Source: Octopus bimaculoides (taxonomy: Eukaryota). From it: a stretch of DNA of 32,313 bases. Positions 1-10,628 of the stretch are shown piece after piece. Location: NCBI RefSeq assembly GCF_001194135.2, contig NC_068982.1:7301969-7334281 (forward strand). The letters are read 5' to 3'. Both the position numbers and the translations under genes were made by a program. Numbering within the stretch: the first letter of the stretch is position 1; every line of letters begins with the position of its first letter. The notes beneath the pieces are model-generated. The model worked only from the letters and a program-made list of their open reading frames with translations, searched no databases and was not told where the DNA came from.

Positions 1-2299
1 TAGTCTATTCTTAGCCACTTTGCTACAATAGCAACAGCATGAATTTCTTCCATCTTCTTACTCTGTTAAAATATTTAAGAAAAATTATTTTCATGTGTCC
101 TACTTGTTAAAACATTCTGTGCAGTTGAAGTTAGAATTAATGAAATATTTCATTTTTCTATGCATCCTCAGTGAAGAGTCGCTACAAAGCACCCCCCCCC
201 CGTTCTTCTATTAGAGAATATTCCTAAAAAAATAAAGAAAACTTTTGTTCATCTGATAAAACTTGGTGAATCCGAGTCGTTCAAGACCTCGTGCTTAACC
301 TAATAAGATGAATTAACTTATATTCTAAGATCTTGCGAAGGATAATGGGATAAGATATATATATTTTGCTCTTGATGACTGTAAACTAAAATATAAATTA
401 CGATTTAGGGGAGTGACATGCGCATGCAACTAAAACACATAGTGCCAGTGTTTGTAAATTCATTTACTAACTAATATAGGTACACAAGAAAATATTTAAA
501 CCAGCTTAAACTTAGTCAAATTTTGTCAATTTATTCATGGCAATCTGAAGAAATCTGAATGTTTCCAGAGCAACAATGTATTCTTGTATCCTTGTTTTGG
601 GAAATATAGCTAACTCAACTGTATTTCTCATATGTACAAATGGGGCCCCTAATTTCAATAAATACATTAGTATACATGTGGCATGTTGTATCATTAAATG
701 TGTATCTGACAGCACAAAATTCATATCAATTTTGAAATCAGTGCCTCAATTATACTGAAAAATAGTTCTAATATTCTAAGATATCTGGATTGATTTGTTT
801 TTGTTACCCTATGTAATAACCCTAATGAGATGAGATTTTATGCGTGTCAGATGCGACAATATAGACAACGACTGACTGTAAAATGCAATCTTCAAAACGG
901 CAAGAGTTATTCGACAATAGCATGCAACGAAAGCAATTTACCATCAAAAGCTAGTAATTAAGAGCTACACATAAAAATCGGTAGGAAAGAAGGGAGTAGC
1001 TGTAATGAATGATAAAAAAATGAATGATATGTGAACTAGTAATCATGAACTATGTTATATCAATATAAAACCTTTACTTCAAAACTCTGTGTGACCTCAA
1101 AATTCGTTTTTTAATACATATCGTAGCGCCAAAAACAAACTGCATATAATTTAATAAATGTAATTCACTTAAATAATTCTTGAGATGATTGTAAATGTTA
1201 TTTTCTCATAACCAAAAGTACAGTTTTTTTTTATGTGAATTATTATTTTGCATTATTATTTGCCATTAATATTATCTTACCATTATTATGCAATTTTAAT
1301 GTAAAATCCATTGAAATGTTTTCGTTTATACACACTACTTTCGCTTGTGACTCTCATTAATATCTTCCTCAAATTTGAAGGAATAGAGTTATTCTAACAT
1401 TCTACGTATATTAGACTTGATTAAATTTGTCTATCGTTTTACAAAGAATAATGGCAACTTTATTTCTCTATTCGGAATGGCAAATTTATCATAGACGCCA
1501 CGTAGCAACGAGAAGGATTTACAAAAAGGATTATTTCACTTTTCTCGTACGTGAAGATAATGATTCAGATACAGAAATGGACCTAATGTTAGTACTTAGT
1601 TATAAAATTACTTCTTTAGCATCAACCCAATGCTCTTATAACGATATCGTTGTACTAAATCTAGCGAAAATATGACCTCCAAGTAATTCAGGAAAAATAG
1701 GCTCCTCAAATTTCAATAGAAAATTATGACGAAATATCCGTTGCTAAACATGAAAATATAGATGAGTCACAAACAAATCTTTAGTATAATCAACAAAGTC
1801 CGGACCACAAGCCAGGATGCTATTCAGGCACGAAAATAACCTATAAAAGTCAATATAGATAGATAGATAACAATGAAAAAAGAGGCAACTCTAACCCATC
1901 AAAGCTAACGGACAAAATAGAGAGGAGCATGATCAGTGCAACAAAATTGAATGAAATAAATTAGTAACACAATATGAAAACTTAAATCATGAAGGTTGTT
2001 TACATCTCATAACGTCCATCACAATAATTCTTAGTACGCATTAATTAGTGGGAATCCCTACTTACATTCTTTTGCTATATACGTCATTGTACCGGAGTTG
2101 TTTATTTACTCAATTAACGTAATTATCTAAAGGTTATATTATTATTTACTGAATTCTTTTTCTCTCTTCATTAAGGATATCACTCTTTGAATTATGTCAT
2201 ATGGTGATTTAAAATCGTGTCTGCTTTTAATCGTAGTCTTTGGAAAGAAGGCTATTTACTTTTACACTATTGAAAACAGATTACAAACAAGAACAATAT

Positions 2300-3450
2300 C
2301 TCTCAACATAAAAACAAAGCCACACTCTAAGTAACTCACTATGTTTTACAAAGAATATCAAAGTAAAAAAATTAACATACATATAAAGGACCTTATTATT
2401 TGTAATATATTCTGTGATGGTGTAATAAAAAGAACGGGTGTTGAAATACAAGAAAAGCACAAAAGCGTAAAAAACATGCTGTTTTGAAACACAAGTTTAA
2501 GTGACACCAAAAACAAAAGGAGAGAGGTGTCAAACAAGAAAATAGAAAGTTGTAGAAAGATTCAATGTGAAAATGACTTTAAATCCTCAAATAAAAGAAT
2601 TCAACGAGCAAAGTCTTAACGTGGAGAATGGAGACATTTCTGATACGAATCAAAGAAAAAAATAATTGAAAAGATTAATGGGCTCGTCACAAGAACTTAT
2701 ATAGAAACACAATATAAATAGCTTATCTATTTTGGTGTAAGAAGAAACACTGAGTTGGGAAATATGGGAAGTAAAAAATCCACCTAAGATGAATGAACGG
2801 TGTAAGAGAACAAAATGAAAAGTATAGCTCCACAAAATGAGACATCAAGCGGAATATACAAAGGGACATGTAAGAAGAAAATTAATAGAAAATAAGTTCA
2901 AGTAATCAAAGGTCAACCATTCAGCATAAAATCCCTACATACCTTACACCCACAAATGATCAAAGGGTTTAAAAAATAAAAACAAAAAACAAAGCACTTC
3001 TCCAATATAAGCGTAGCTAAAAAAAGACAAAAACTGTCATTTTACTACAAATTTCAAAAATGACTGGCCCCACGCTTACGGACTGAACACAAAATATTTT
3101 ATCATTTACATGACCATAACACCTATACTATCTAAAAATCTAGACCAATATCAGGATGCAAATAATTTAGCAGAAGAGCAGAAGACTTTCAGAAAGAATG
3201 CAAGAAGAGTAGTTAACAGAGCATCACATTCGTGGATCCTTGAGTCATAATGGATGAATAACTAATGACAAGTTATTATAGGATACATAAAATGTGACAT
3301 GCCGTAATGGAACTCATATGTGATCTCCATCAGAAGAATATATCAGATATTGCGAACAAAAAAAATTTAAATGTTGTCAGCTAGAGAACGGCCAAATCTT
3401 CCATGAGAAAGCTGTTTTGTCATATAGTAAACTTTCATGGACAATAAATA
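2300..3450 (+). mobile_element. Ancient R4/Dong-like non-LTR retrotransposon relic 1 (pre-RT region and RT N-terminus), heavily frameshifted
   Basis: A-rich + strand. Short translated patches match R4/Dong ORF motifs: WEIWEVK (~2757), IKSLHTLHPQMIK (~2927; cf. WLKxLxxLH), NLAEEQKTFRKNARR (~3165; cf. LAEEQKGCRKNSRG). Boundaries approximate. Confidence 0.55.
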
Positions 3451-5205
3451 ACAATGGAGGGCATTTTTAAGAAAAGTATGAATACATTATTGAATATATC
3501 TCTGAAAAGAATCCACCCCACACATGTATATTCACAGGCGAAATAAAAGAATTCTTATAAAATTAGTAGTGATTTATAGATCTAGTAGATTTGGCGATAC
3601 ACAAAAAAAGCTATACAATTTTCTACAAGAAATACTAACTAAACTCTTTCGAATACATCATCAAAATGAACAAATGGACAGGCAGAATGTGTTACCATAA
3701 TGCTGGCATATTTTACAGCCATACACTATCAAGAATGAAAACTCGTCAATATATACTAATAAAAGTTTTGAAAGAAATTACAACGGATCTCAACATACCA
3801 TTAGATCTCATCAAGATAGTTTACCTCGACATATGCATTCTTTGATACAAGCCATAAAAATGTCAGAAATATCGAAACAGAACTCTTAATATAACGAATA
3901 CATAGCGAACATACAACACAAAACGAACAACAAAAGTAAACTAACTTTGATATCATATGAAGAAGACAACACAAATGCAAAAAAAAAACTATGTAAAACA
4001 AAACGCAATAAACCCAAAACCTAGAACACTTGCAGAATGCGAAGACTTAAACAAAACCAATAAGAACAATTGAAACAAAAATGCAACGAAAATGTAGTAT
4101 TACGAATATTTAAGAATACAAAAGTCTAATGTTGGACATTTTGACCGTGTCAATAATAAATCGCCTCTGCAAACAGAGAAAGAATCATAACAAAAAACTC
4201 CTATCATTAAAAACAATAGGTCTTCCAGTAGGTCAACGAACATAACTGCCAATACTAAAACTCAAAGATAATACAAAAATATCAGTAACAAAGCAAACTT
4301 GTCAAGCTTAATTAAAACAAGCGCGAATGTCAACATCACCAAATAAAATTAAATGTGAGCATCAATAACTGCTGTCACAAAAAGAAAATGGGTCTTCCAG
4401 GCCAGCGCATATAAGAATATCAAGAACCAGCACATAAGTCGCAATAGGAGGATACGACATGCTAAATAAGAAAAGTAAGAAAATTAGGAAAATGATCCCT
4501 CACAATCAATAAGGAAAGAAATGAGAGACTTATATGAGAAATAGTGCTAAGAATTATAGGTATATGTCAAAAATAAAAGTTATTTGTGATGAAAGAATAC
4601 CTGAAATAAATGGAAATAATAAAGAACTGTTGAAAGAAGCAACAATTATTTCAGCAATACTTTTTAAATACATCTCAAAATGATTTTGTTAAGAACAATT
4701 TTAAAATAATGTAGAAACTAACGTAGAATCAACTTAAAGATATTCAAAATAACGAACAAATGTGGATAAGCTAGAGAAAGTATTGCAAATGAGAAGGATC
4801 CCAGGCACTACAATAGAATAACTGGAATACACCTTTGCATGATAAGATCAGGAATGCTCAAATAATATGCTTTGCTGCACCACATAATGCACTCCAGAGA
4901 TATTTAGCAAGATACTGAGGGCGCTAGGGACAACGTGTTACTGACTCCCAGGAGAAAAACAACTCTAATCTAAAAAAGTAAAATGAAAGTTAGCCTTAAA
5001 GTTTACAAAACCTTAACTACCACTTTTGATTTCCAAAGAGCAAACGTGATGCTGCAAAATCACTCGTGACTGTATACGACCATTAACAGTTCAGCAAAAC
5101 GATAAACGATGACGACGATAAGTGTATAACATTAGGTAACAGCCAGAAGACTATTTACAGTAACGCAAATACCTTCTGAGAACATTAGCTGTAACTTAGC
5201 ATCAA

Positions 5206-5572
5206 TAAAAAGAACACTCAGAGAGCACAAACCTCCGCCAAGGCAACACCAATGTCCTCTCAACGATTAGCGGAAGAGGATTTTTAAAATGAGAATATCT
5301 GAAATAAACTCGACTGCTTTCACAAACGAAAATACTAAAAAATGAACCCGACTGATCTCAAAAGTTATGTAAAAATAAATAATACTAATAATCCAGAATC
5401 CCTGTCCGGTACCGGATCCATCCGAAAATCTAATCAGCCCGTGCCAATCATGGGGCCAAACATCTCTGAAAGTTTCATCTGAATCCATCCAGCGGTTCTT
5501 GAGATATCTTGTCCACGGACAAACAAACAAACACGACTGAAAGCAATACCCCCACCTTCGCTAAGCTAATAA
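5206..5572 (-). mobile_element. DINE-1/HINE-like non-autonomous Helentron derivative
   Basis: Layout matches HINE-type elements as I recall them from other animals: short (GTTT)n tract near the 5' end (CAAA repeats 5519-5532), core with tccggtaccgga palindrome (5405-5416), CCTCCGCCAAGG motif (5232-5243) and terminal AACACTCAGAGAGCAC stem-loop. GC-richer than the flanks; interrupts LINE relic 2. Confidence 0.65.
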
Positions 5573-6730
5573 TCGAATGCACTAAATCCATTATGAGTAG
5601 TTGGAAAAACAATACTGCATACAGAAATTATTGAAAAGAAAACTCTTTTCTACAGAAAGTTGGATATCCTCTACTCCTTTTGTCTCATGTCAGTACCCTA
5701 GCACTCTAACTAAGATGTTAAACCAAGCTGGAGTCAGCTAAAGATCATATGTGAGGATAATCAAGTATATTTTATGTATAATCGACCTGAAGGTATTCAG
5801 TAAAGATGATAAATGTACAAAACTATTTCAGGCATAACACAAAATTCAGTTTAAGTGTAATCCACATGAGTAAAAGTTACCAAAAGCAATCGTGAAAATA
5901 GAGAAGTAAATTAACAACAACACGGTATTAATGGATAAACGAACAATTATATAATTAGTCGAATCTCACGAAAAAATAATTTAATAAAAACGAACAAGAT
6001 AGCTTTCAAAAAACAAATATGTTTCAAAGAAATATTATAGACGCATTTTGTTTATCTTTTACGCATAGTCAAATGTCAGCCAAAGAAGAAATAGTAATAG
6101 CGATAAAAACCATAAGTCATTTATGTATTCTCAACCGCAGTCTAAATTAACTACCGACATTATCCAGGGAAAGATAGCATATAGACTATAGTACCAAAAC
6201 TATGGTAGAGTAAAATTATATCTATTATAAACACAGAATTATAGCAGTTCCATGTAATTAAAAAATTTAAATGAATGCCCTGTGTAGGAGTAGAAAAAGA
6301 TCGATGGTTGATCTTGAGTAACGATTATGGAAAATGAATTAGAAATGGTTGCAAAATACCAGCAAAATATATATGAAACAATGTTCACCGTTTAAAAATA
6401 AGCTAACATATAAAACACGACTATTCAAATGACATAGAGATTTTAATGGAAAGGATAAGTAACAGGGGTATTAGAATAAAGACTAAAAACCAATCACAAA
6501 GTAAAGCTAGAGTTTACTTGCCTCAAACTACAGCAATGAAATTCTCTATATAACTGCCAACTGAGAAAACAACAAAGGCTGAACAGTATAGAAATAGAAT
6601 ATGAAGATGAATACACTTAATAAAATAAAAACACGGGGAGGCACGCAGAAACTATGAACCACATCTGGCTGCCCAATTTTAACCAATAACAATACATGAA
6701 CATGCATGACAGAACTATGTCTTTCTTTCA

Positions 6731-6769
6731 TACACTAGAATACCAGCAGATAGTTGGTATTCTAGTGTA
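6731..6769. repeat. Perfect 15-bp inverted repeat with 9-nt loop
   Basis: tacactagaatacca (6731-6745) / gcagatagt / tggtattctagtgta (6755-6769) are exact reverse complements. Confidence 0.95.
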
Positions 6770-7892
6770 AATGTGTGAAATGTTTCATGCAAGTGCGGCT
6801 ATATACAGGATATGTCTTTCACGGATACAGAAATTGTTTCTTTGAGAGAATGTTCTTCGCTTGATTGTTTCTTTGCAGTAAATCCATCCGCATCAAAGAA
6901 TTATTCCTAAATATATATACATATGGAAATAGAGATAACCAAAAGAATATGGGCACCAAAAAAAAGCAAACTCCTCAATAAACTCCTGTGTCAGCGATCA
7001 AAAAAGATTCTGAAGTATTCTGTTTTAGAATATATAAAAATACAAGAGATCATTAGCATAACAGACAGACTGCAGGATAAGCGTGACGTCAGTACATACA
7101 ACAAAGATGACATTTAAAAAATGTATCTACATAGTAATACCGAACGGCAATAGTGCGAAAGCCAGAAGGAACGATAAATAATCACACAGACCTTGTTTTT
7201 GAATAGAAAAGTGATAAAGAATATTTCCTACTCATATTTTTATTTGCATAACTAGAATAAAACACATCTGCAAATGCAACGAAAATTACCTTTAAGAACA
7301 GTGGCATAGACACTTCCAGAATCCGATGATTCTAGGATTTGAAAATATTTTATGAATATTCTAATACTACATTTGTTAACTTGGAATGTTGCTAATATCC
7401 GTGAATAATTTATGCATGTATTTTAATATTTACTTAAGTTGCATTTAAGAATAAAAATCATTCCTGATGTATTTTAGAAACAATACATAATAAAGATAAT
7501 ACTAATATTGTTATGACTTTCCTTTTGTATTTGCTGTCCTGTCTTCCCTTTATATATGTGCAAAATGATTCATCATTGACTCAAGACAGAAGTTTGTGTA
7601 TCCAGTTACTGAGAACTAATCCTCAAGATCCCCATCAATATTTATCTGTTGAATACTCTCCATATTTTTACTGAAACGCCTTTTGCTTTTCGCCTCCATA
7701 TGGTACCTGGAAATATATAAATGTTACATAAAGGGACTGAAGATGGGACGTAACATTCTAACATCAAACCCACAATAAAAGTTCCGCTTCGACCGCAGAG
7801 GCTGGACGTATTGTGAATGTTTGAATTTTTCAGCTCCTACTAAGACTACAGGCGACCAGAAGCGCCATAAAGAATGTCATGCATTTTTGAGT

Positions 7893-8440
7893 TCACCAGT
7901 GATTGCATGACACTGTTTGAATTAAGTTTAAATTCTGTAGAAATCTTCCATTCCAGTCGAAATTGTTTGGGTCCCTAGTATTGAGATTCATAATTTGTTT
8001 TGGATGCAAGACACGCTTAACATGAAATATAATAAAAAATATTTCGATTGCTGCTGGCGACATAATACCAGTTCTATATGAAGTCCTAGATTTTACATGT
8101 AGCTCAATAAACATATAATCCAAACGAGTTGAAAGTGTTTGCGAATGTCTGTCATTTTGTTTTCCTTCGACTAATAAATACTCCGTTTCCTCAGTGATGT
8201 ACTTAACCACTTTATAACAGTTTCCTGCATAATTTAAAGGATAATTTTATTATGCCGTTTAAAACATCGTGTCATCAAGCTATGTTCTTATGCTTTCCAC
8301 TCAAGAAACACACTACTCCTTCATATGGAACTTCTTTGAAAGTGTCCGTGCATATAAATAGAAGACAGGCTTTTACCATATTTATAAATTGACAAGTCGG
8401 ACAATTTTTCGCTGGTTCAACATTAACGGAACGTATGAAT
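7893..8440 (-). mobile_element. Possible degraded APE endonuclease region of an L1/Tx1-type LINE
   Basis: ORF 7893-8210 contains RLDYMFI (cf. SRLDYIF) followed by RDPNNFDWNGRFLQNLNLIQ (cf. RGPGYWKxNxSLL). Upstream frames give RLVNL and IYMHGHF (cf. LVNxY, GGDFN). No SDH motif seen. Confidence 0.35.
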
Positions 8441-8992
8441 AAGTCTGCTGTTGCTGCAGGATAGTATTTTTCATGTTTTATCTTGATTTAATAGCATTTG
8501 GATGCACTGATGAGTACATCTCATTTGATGGTTTGGTACGACCGAGCTCCGTTTATTGAAATGTCAGTTATTGTTCCATATGCGTAAGCTATTTATTTTT
8601 CTTAGCATCAGAGAATATTACAATGAGTTGATATTTCCTTTATTTTTTATATATATATATATACTAGCAGAGGAACCCGGCCTTGCTCAGAATTAAAATA
8701 GCATAGATTTTTATTGCTTTACTTAAAAATTGGTAATGACAAAAAGCATGCCAAATGTTTAAACAGTTTTTGAGAAGCGATTGGAGAAACCTCACGGATG
8801 CAGATGAGAAGGGCGAAGAATGACGGGAAAATGCTGGAAAAAAGACAAAACAGCAATCAGGTCTCTGCACAAAACTAAAATAGTATAATACGACAGCACT
8901 TACAATGTTTTGGATATAGTATGTAGTCAAATCCAACCTAATTTTGTGGAATCAGTGTCACGACCTGAACCCATAGGTTGGGAGTTTGACTG

Positions 8993-9074
8993 GCAGAGGT
9001 GGTCAGGTTGCAGAGGTGGTCAGGTTGCAGAGGTGGTCAGGTTGCAGAGGTGGTCAGGTTGCAGAGGTGGCCAG
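8993..9074. repeat. 17-bp minisatellite (GCAGAGGTGGTCAGGTT), ~4.8 copies
   Basis: Four perfect units at 8993-9060 plus a partial fifth unit, inside the Helitron 3' region. Confidence 0.95.
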
Positions 9075-9168
9075 CAACGTGAAGAAGGTGGATGCAGTTG
9101 GGCTAAAAATTTGAGAAAGTTACAATGACTCCAGTGACGGGAGAGTAATGGCGAGGGGTTCAAAAGTG

Positions 9169-9639
9169 TTATTGCAGGGCTTCTTTGTAGACAACGTTCC
9201 TGGTGTTGCTCGGATTACCACAAATGAAGAGATTGTGTGGACTGCCGACATGGGAGCATCCTATGTATAGCTGAGCGTGGGTAAATACCCGCTGTGTGAG
9301 ATTTAGGCCAACAACTTGTAACGACTGCCCCTGTACCATGATGATGCTCATTACAAAGCATACTTTTACGGGAAATTGTCGTCGCGTAAATTCAAATGGC
9401 ACGGCAGAGGATCTAAGGCTCATGAGGGTTAATAGCTTTGTCACGCCAGCAGACGGTCCGCTTAGAATGGTTGTCGTCAGAATTATGGTCCCAATTTTTT
9501 TGATGATCAGACGCGTACCATTGCACAGTTCTGGTGGTTCCACGTTTCTCAGCAGCATAACTGGAACATCAACCTTCAGTCTAAGGTCATGGGCTGGAAG
9601 TCCGGGAGGGAGCTGGCTGTTGAGGTATTCAATAGGTAT
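9169..9639 (-). pseudogene. Helitron RepHel Pif1-like helicase, C-terminal fragment
   Basis: EYLNSQLPPGLPAHDLRLKVDVPVMLLRNVEPPELCNGTRL; QFPVKVCFVMSIIMVQGQSLQVVG; VFTHAQLYIGCSHV; TRNVVYKEAL*. The first ~63 aa of ORF 9169-9828 are non-homologous read-through from non-coding termini. Confidence 0.9.
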
Positions 9640-9732
9640 GCAAATTTTGAGCTCAATCCGACCACATTTACTAACAGTTTTGTGTGCACAACTGCATGTG
9701 AGACAATGTCCACCATTTTCACAAATATATAT

Positions 9733-9975
9733 TAGAGATACCCGGCCTTGATCGGGATTAAAATAGTTTATTATTGTTTTACTTGTTTCGGTATCATAAC
9801 CCGATTTCATTCGGTCAATATCATTCAAGTAAATTATAATTTACTTGCCTTTCTTTCGCCAATTAGAAATGTATAATTATAAGCACATTCTGGTATTCTT
9901 ACGACCATTTCGTGGGTTTAACTCCGCTATTACACACACTAAGAATAAGCGACAATGTGACCTTATTTATATGTA
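9733..9975 (-). mobile_element. Short second Helitron-like unit directly upstream of the first
   Basis: 9741-9766 (cccggccttgatcgggattaaaatag) repeats the 3' terminal signature at 8676-8701 (cccggccttgctcagaattaaaatag) with 3 mismatches in 26 nt. The 5' boundary is a guess. Confidence 0.5.
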
Positions 9976-10336
9976 CACACACACACATATTTATTTATAT
10001 ATATTATACACACACACATACATTCATATATATATATATATATATATATATANNNNNNNNNNNNNNNNNNNNNNNNNNNNNNNNNNNNNNNNNNNNNNNN
10101 NNNNNNNNNNNNNNNNNNNNNNNNNNNNNNNNNNNNNNNNNNNNNNNNNNNNNNNNNNNNNNNNNNNNNNNNNNNNNNNNNNNNNNNNNNNNNNNNNNNN
10201 NNNNNNNNNNNNNNNNNNNNNNNNNNNNNNNNNNNNNNNNNNNNNNNNNNNNNNNNNNNNNNNNNNNNNNNNNNNNNNNNNNNNNNNNNNNNNNNNGTGT
10301 GGATGAGACGAGTATCATCTCTCAAGATGAAGCAAT

Positions 10337-10377
<41 letters not shown>

Positions 10378-10380
10378 ATA
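9973..10380. repeat. Compound (CA)n/(TA)n microsatellite spanning assembly gap 10053-10296
   Basis: Directly visible. Confidence 0.95.
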
Positions 10381-10628
10381 TTTATATACATTATCCAGCT
10401 ATAAAAATCTGGATATCAATTTTATTAGAACGTAACAATTAAAATCAGAAAAAAACCTGCTCATATGACTCTTAAGAACCATTAAATAGATGTTTGCAAA
10501 GATATAAATAAAATCATCCAATATACACATGTACAGATCAATAGAAAGTAGCTCTACGAAGAAACTGCACACACATGATATAGATTATTGTAAATGCAAT
10601 ACAAAGAAATGGAGTAATTATACTAATA

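Larger units (their letters stand above)
3500..7150 (+). mobile_element. Ancient R4/Dong-like LINE relic 2 (RT, CCHC knuckle, restriction-like endonuclease), interrupted by a HINE-like insertion
   Basis: Colinear degenerate motifs: NNWNTPLHDKI (~4817), VYKTLTT (~5000), KEQT*CCKITRDC (~5035), SFCLMSVP/LTKMLNQAG (~5680-5735), IDLKVFSKDDK (~5780; YMDDLK region), KKYYRRI (~6027), TSGCPIL..MHDR (~6660-6715; zinc knuckle), MEIEITKRIW (6923; RLE tail). The 5' boundary is uncertain. Confidence 0.65.
8664..9738 (-). mobile_element. Internally deleted Helitron
   Basis: On the - strand the 3' end reads CTGAGCAAGGCCGGG..CTAG followed by T (ctag at 8664-8667). Candidate 5' end TC(TC)TAATATATAT at ~9738-9736. 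Carries a RepHel helicase C-terminal fragment. Confidence 0.8.

Noticed and set aside
7084-7091. Isolated CRE TGACGTCA
   Set aside because: Single site inside a LINE relic; about one such 8-mer per window of this size is plausible by chance.
8506-8560. CTGATGAG hammerhead core (similar hits at ~22922 and ~24985)
   Set aside because: No stem II followed by GAAA at a suitable distance.
8993-9074. Short direct repeats as a CRISPR array
   Set aside because: Units are contiguous with no spacers, and the context is eukaryotic.
8910-9128. 72-aa ORF with repeated QRWSGCRGGQ
   Set aside because: Translation of the 17-bp minisatellite.
9296-9751. 151-aa + strand ORF
   Set aside because: Antisense shadow of the Helitron helicase fragment.
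9845-10442. ORFs across microsatellites and N gaps (also 20513-21232, 24192-24786, 26906-27412, 28061-28506)
   Set aside because: The open frames come from dinucleotide repeats and Ns (CVCV, HTHT, YIYI, X runs); not coding evidence.
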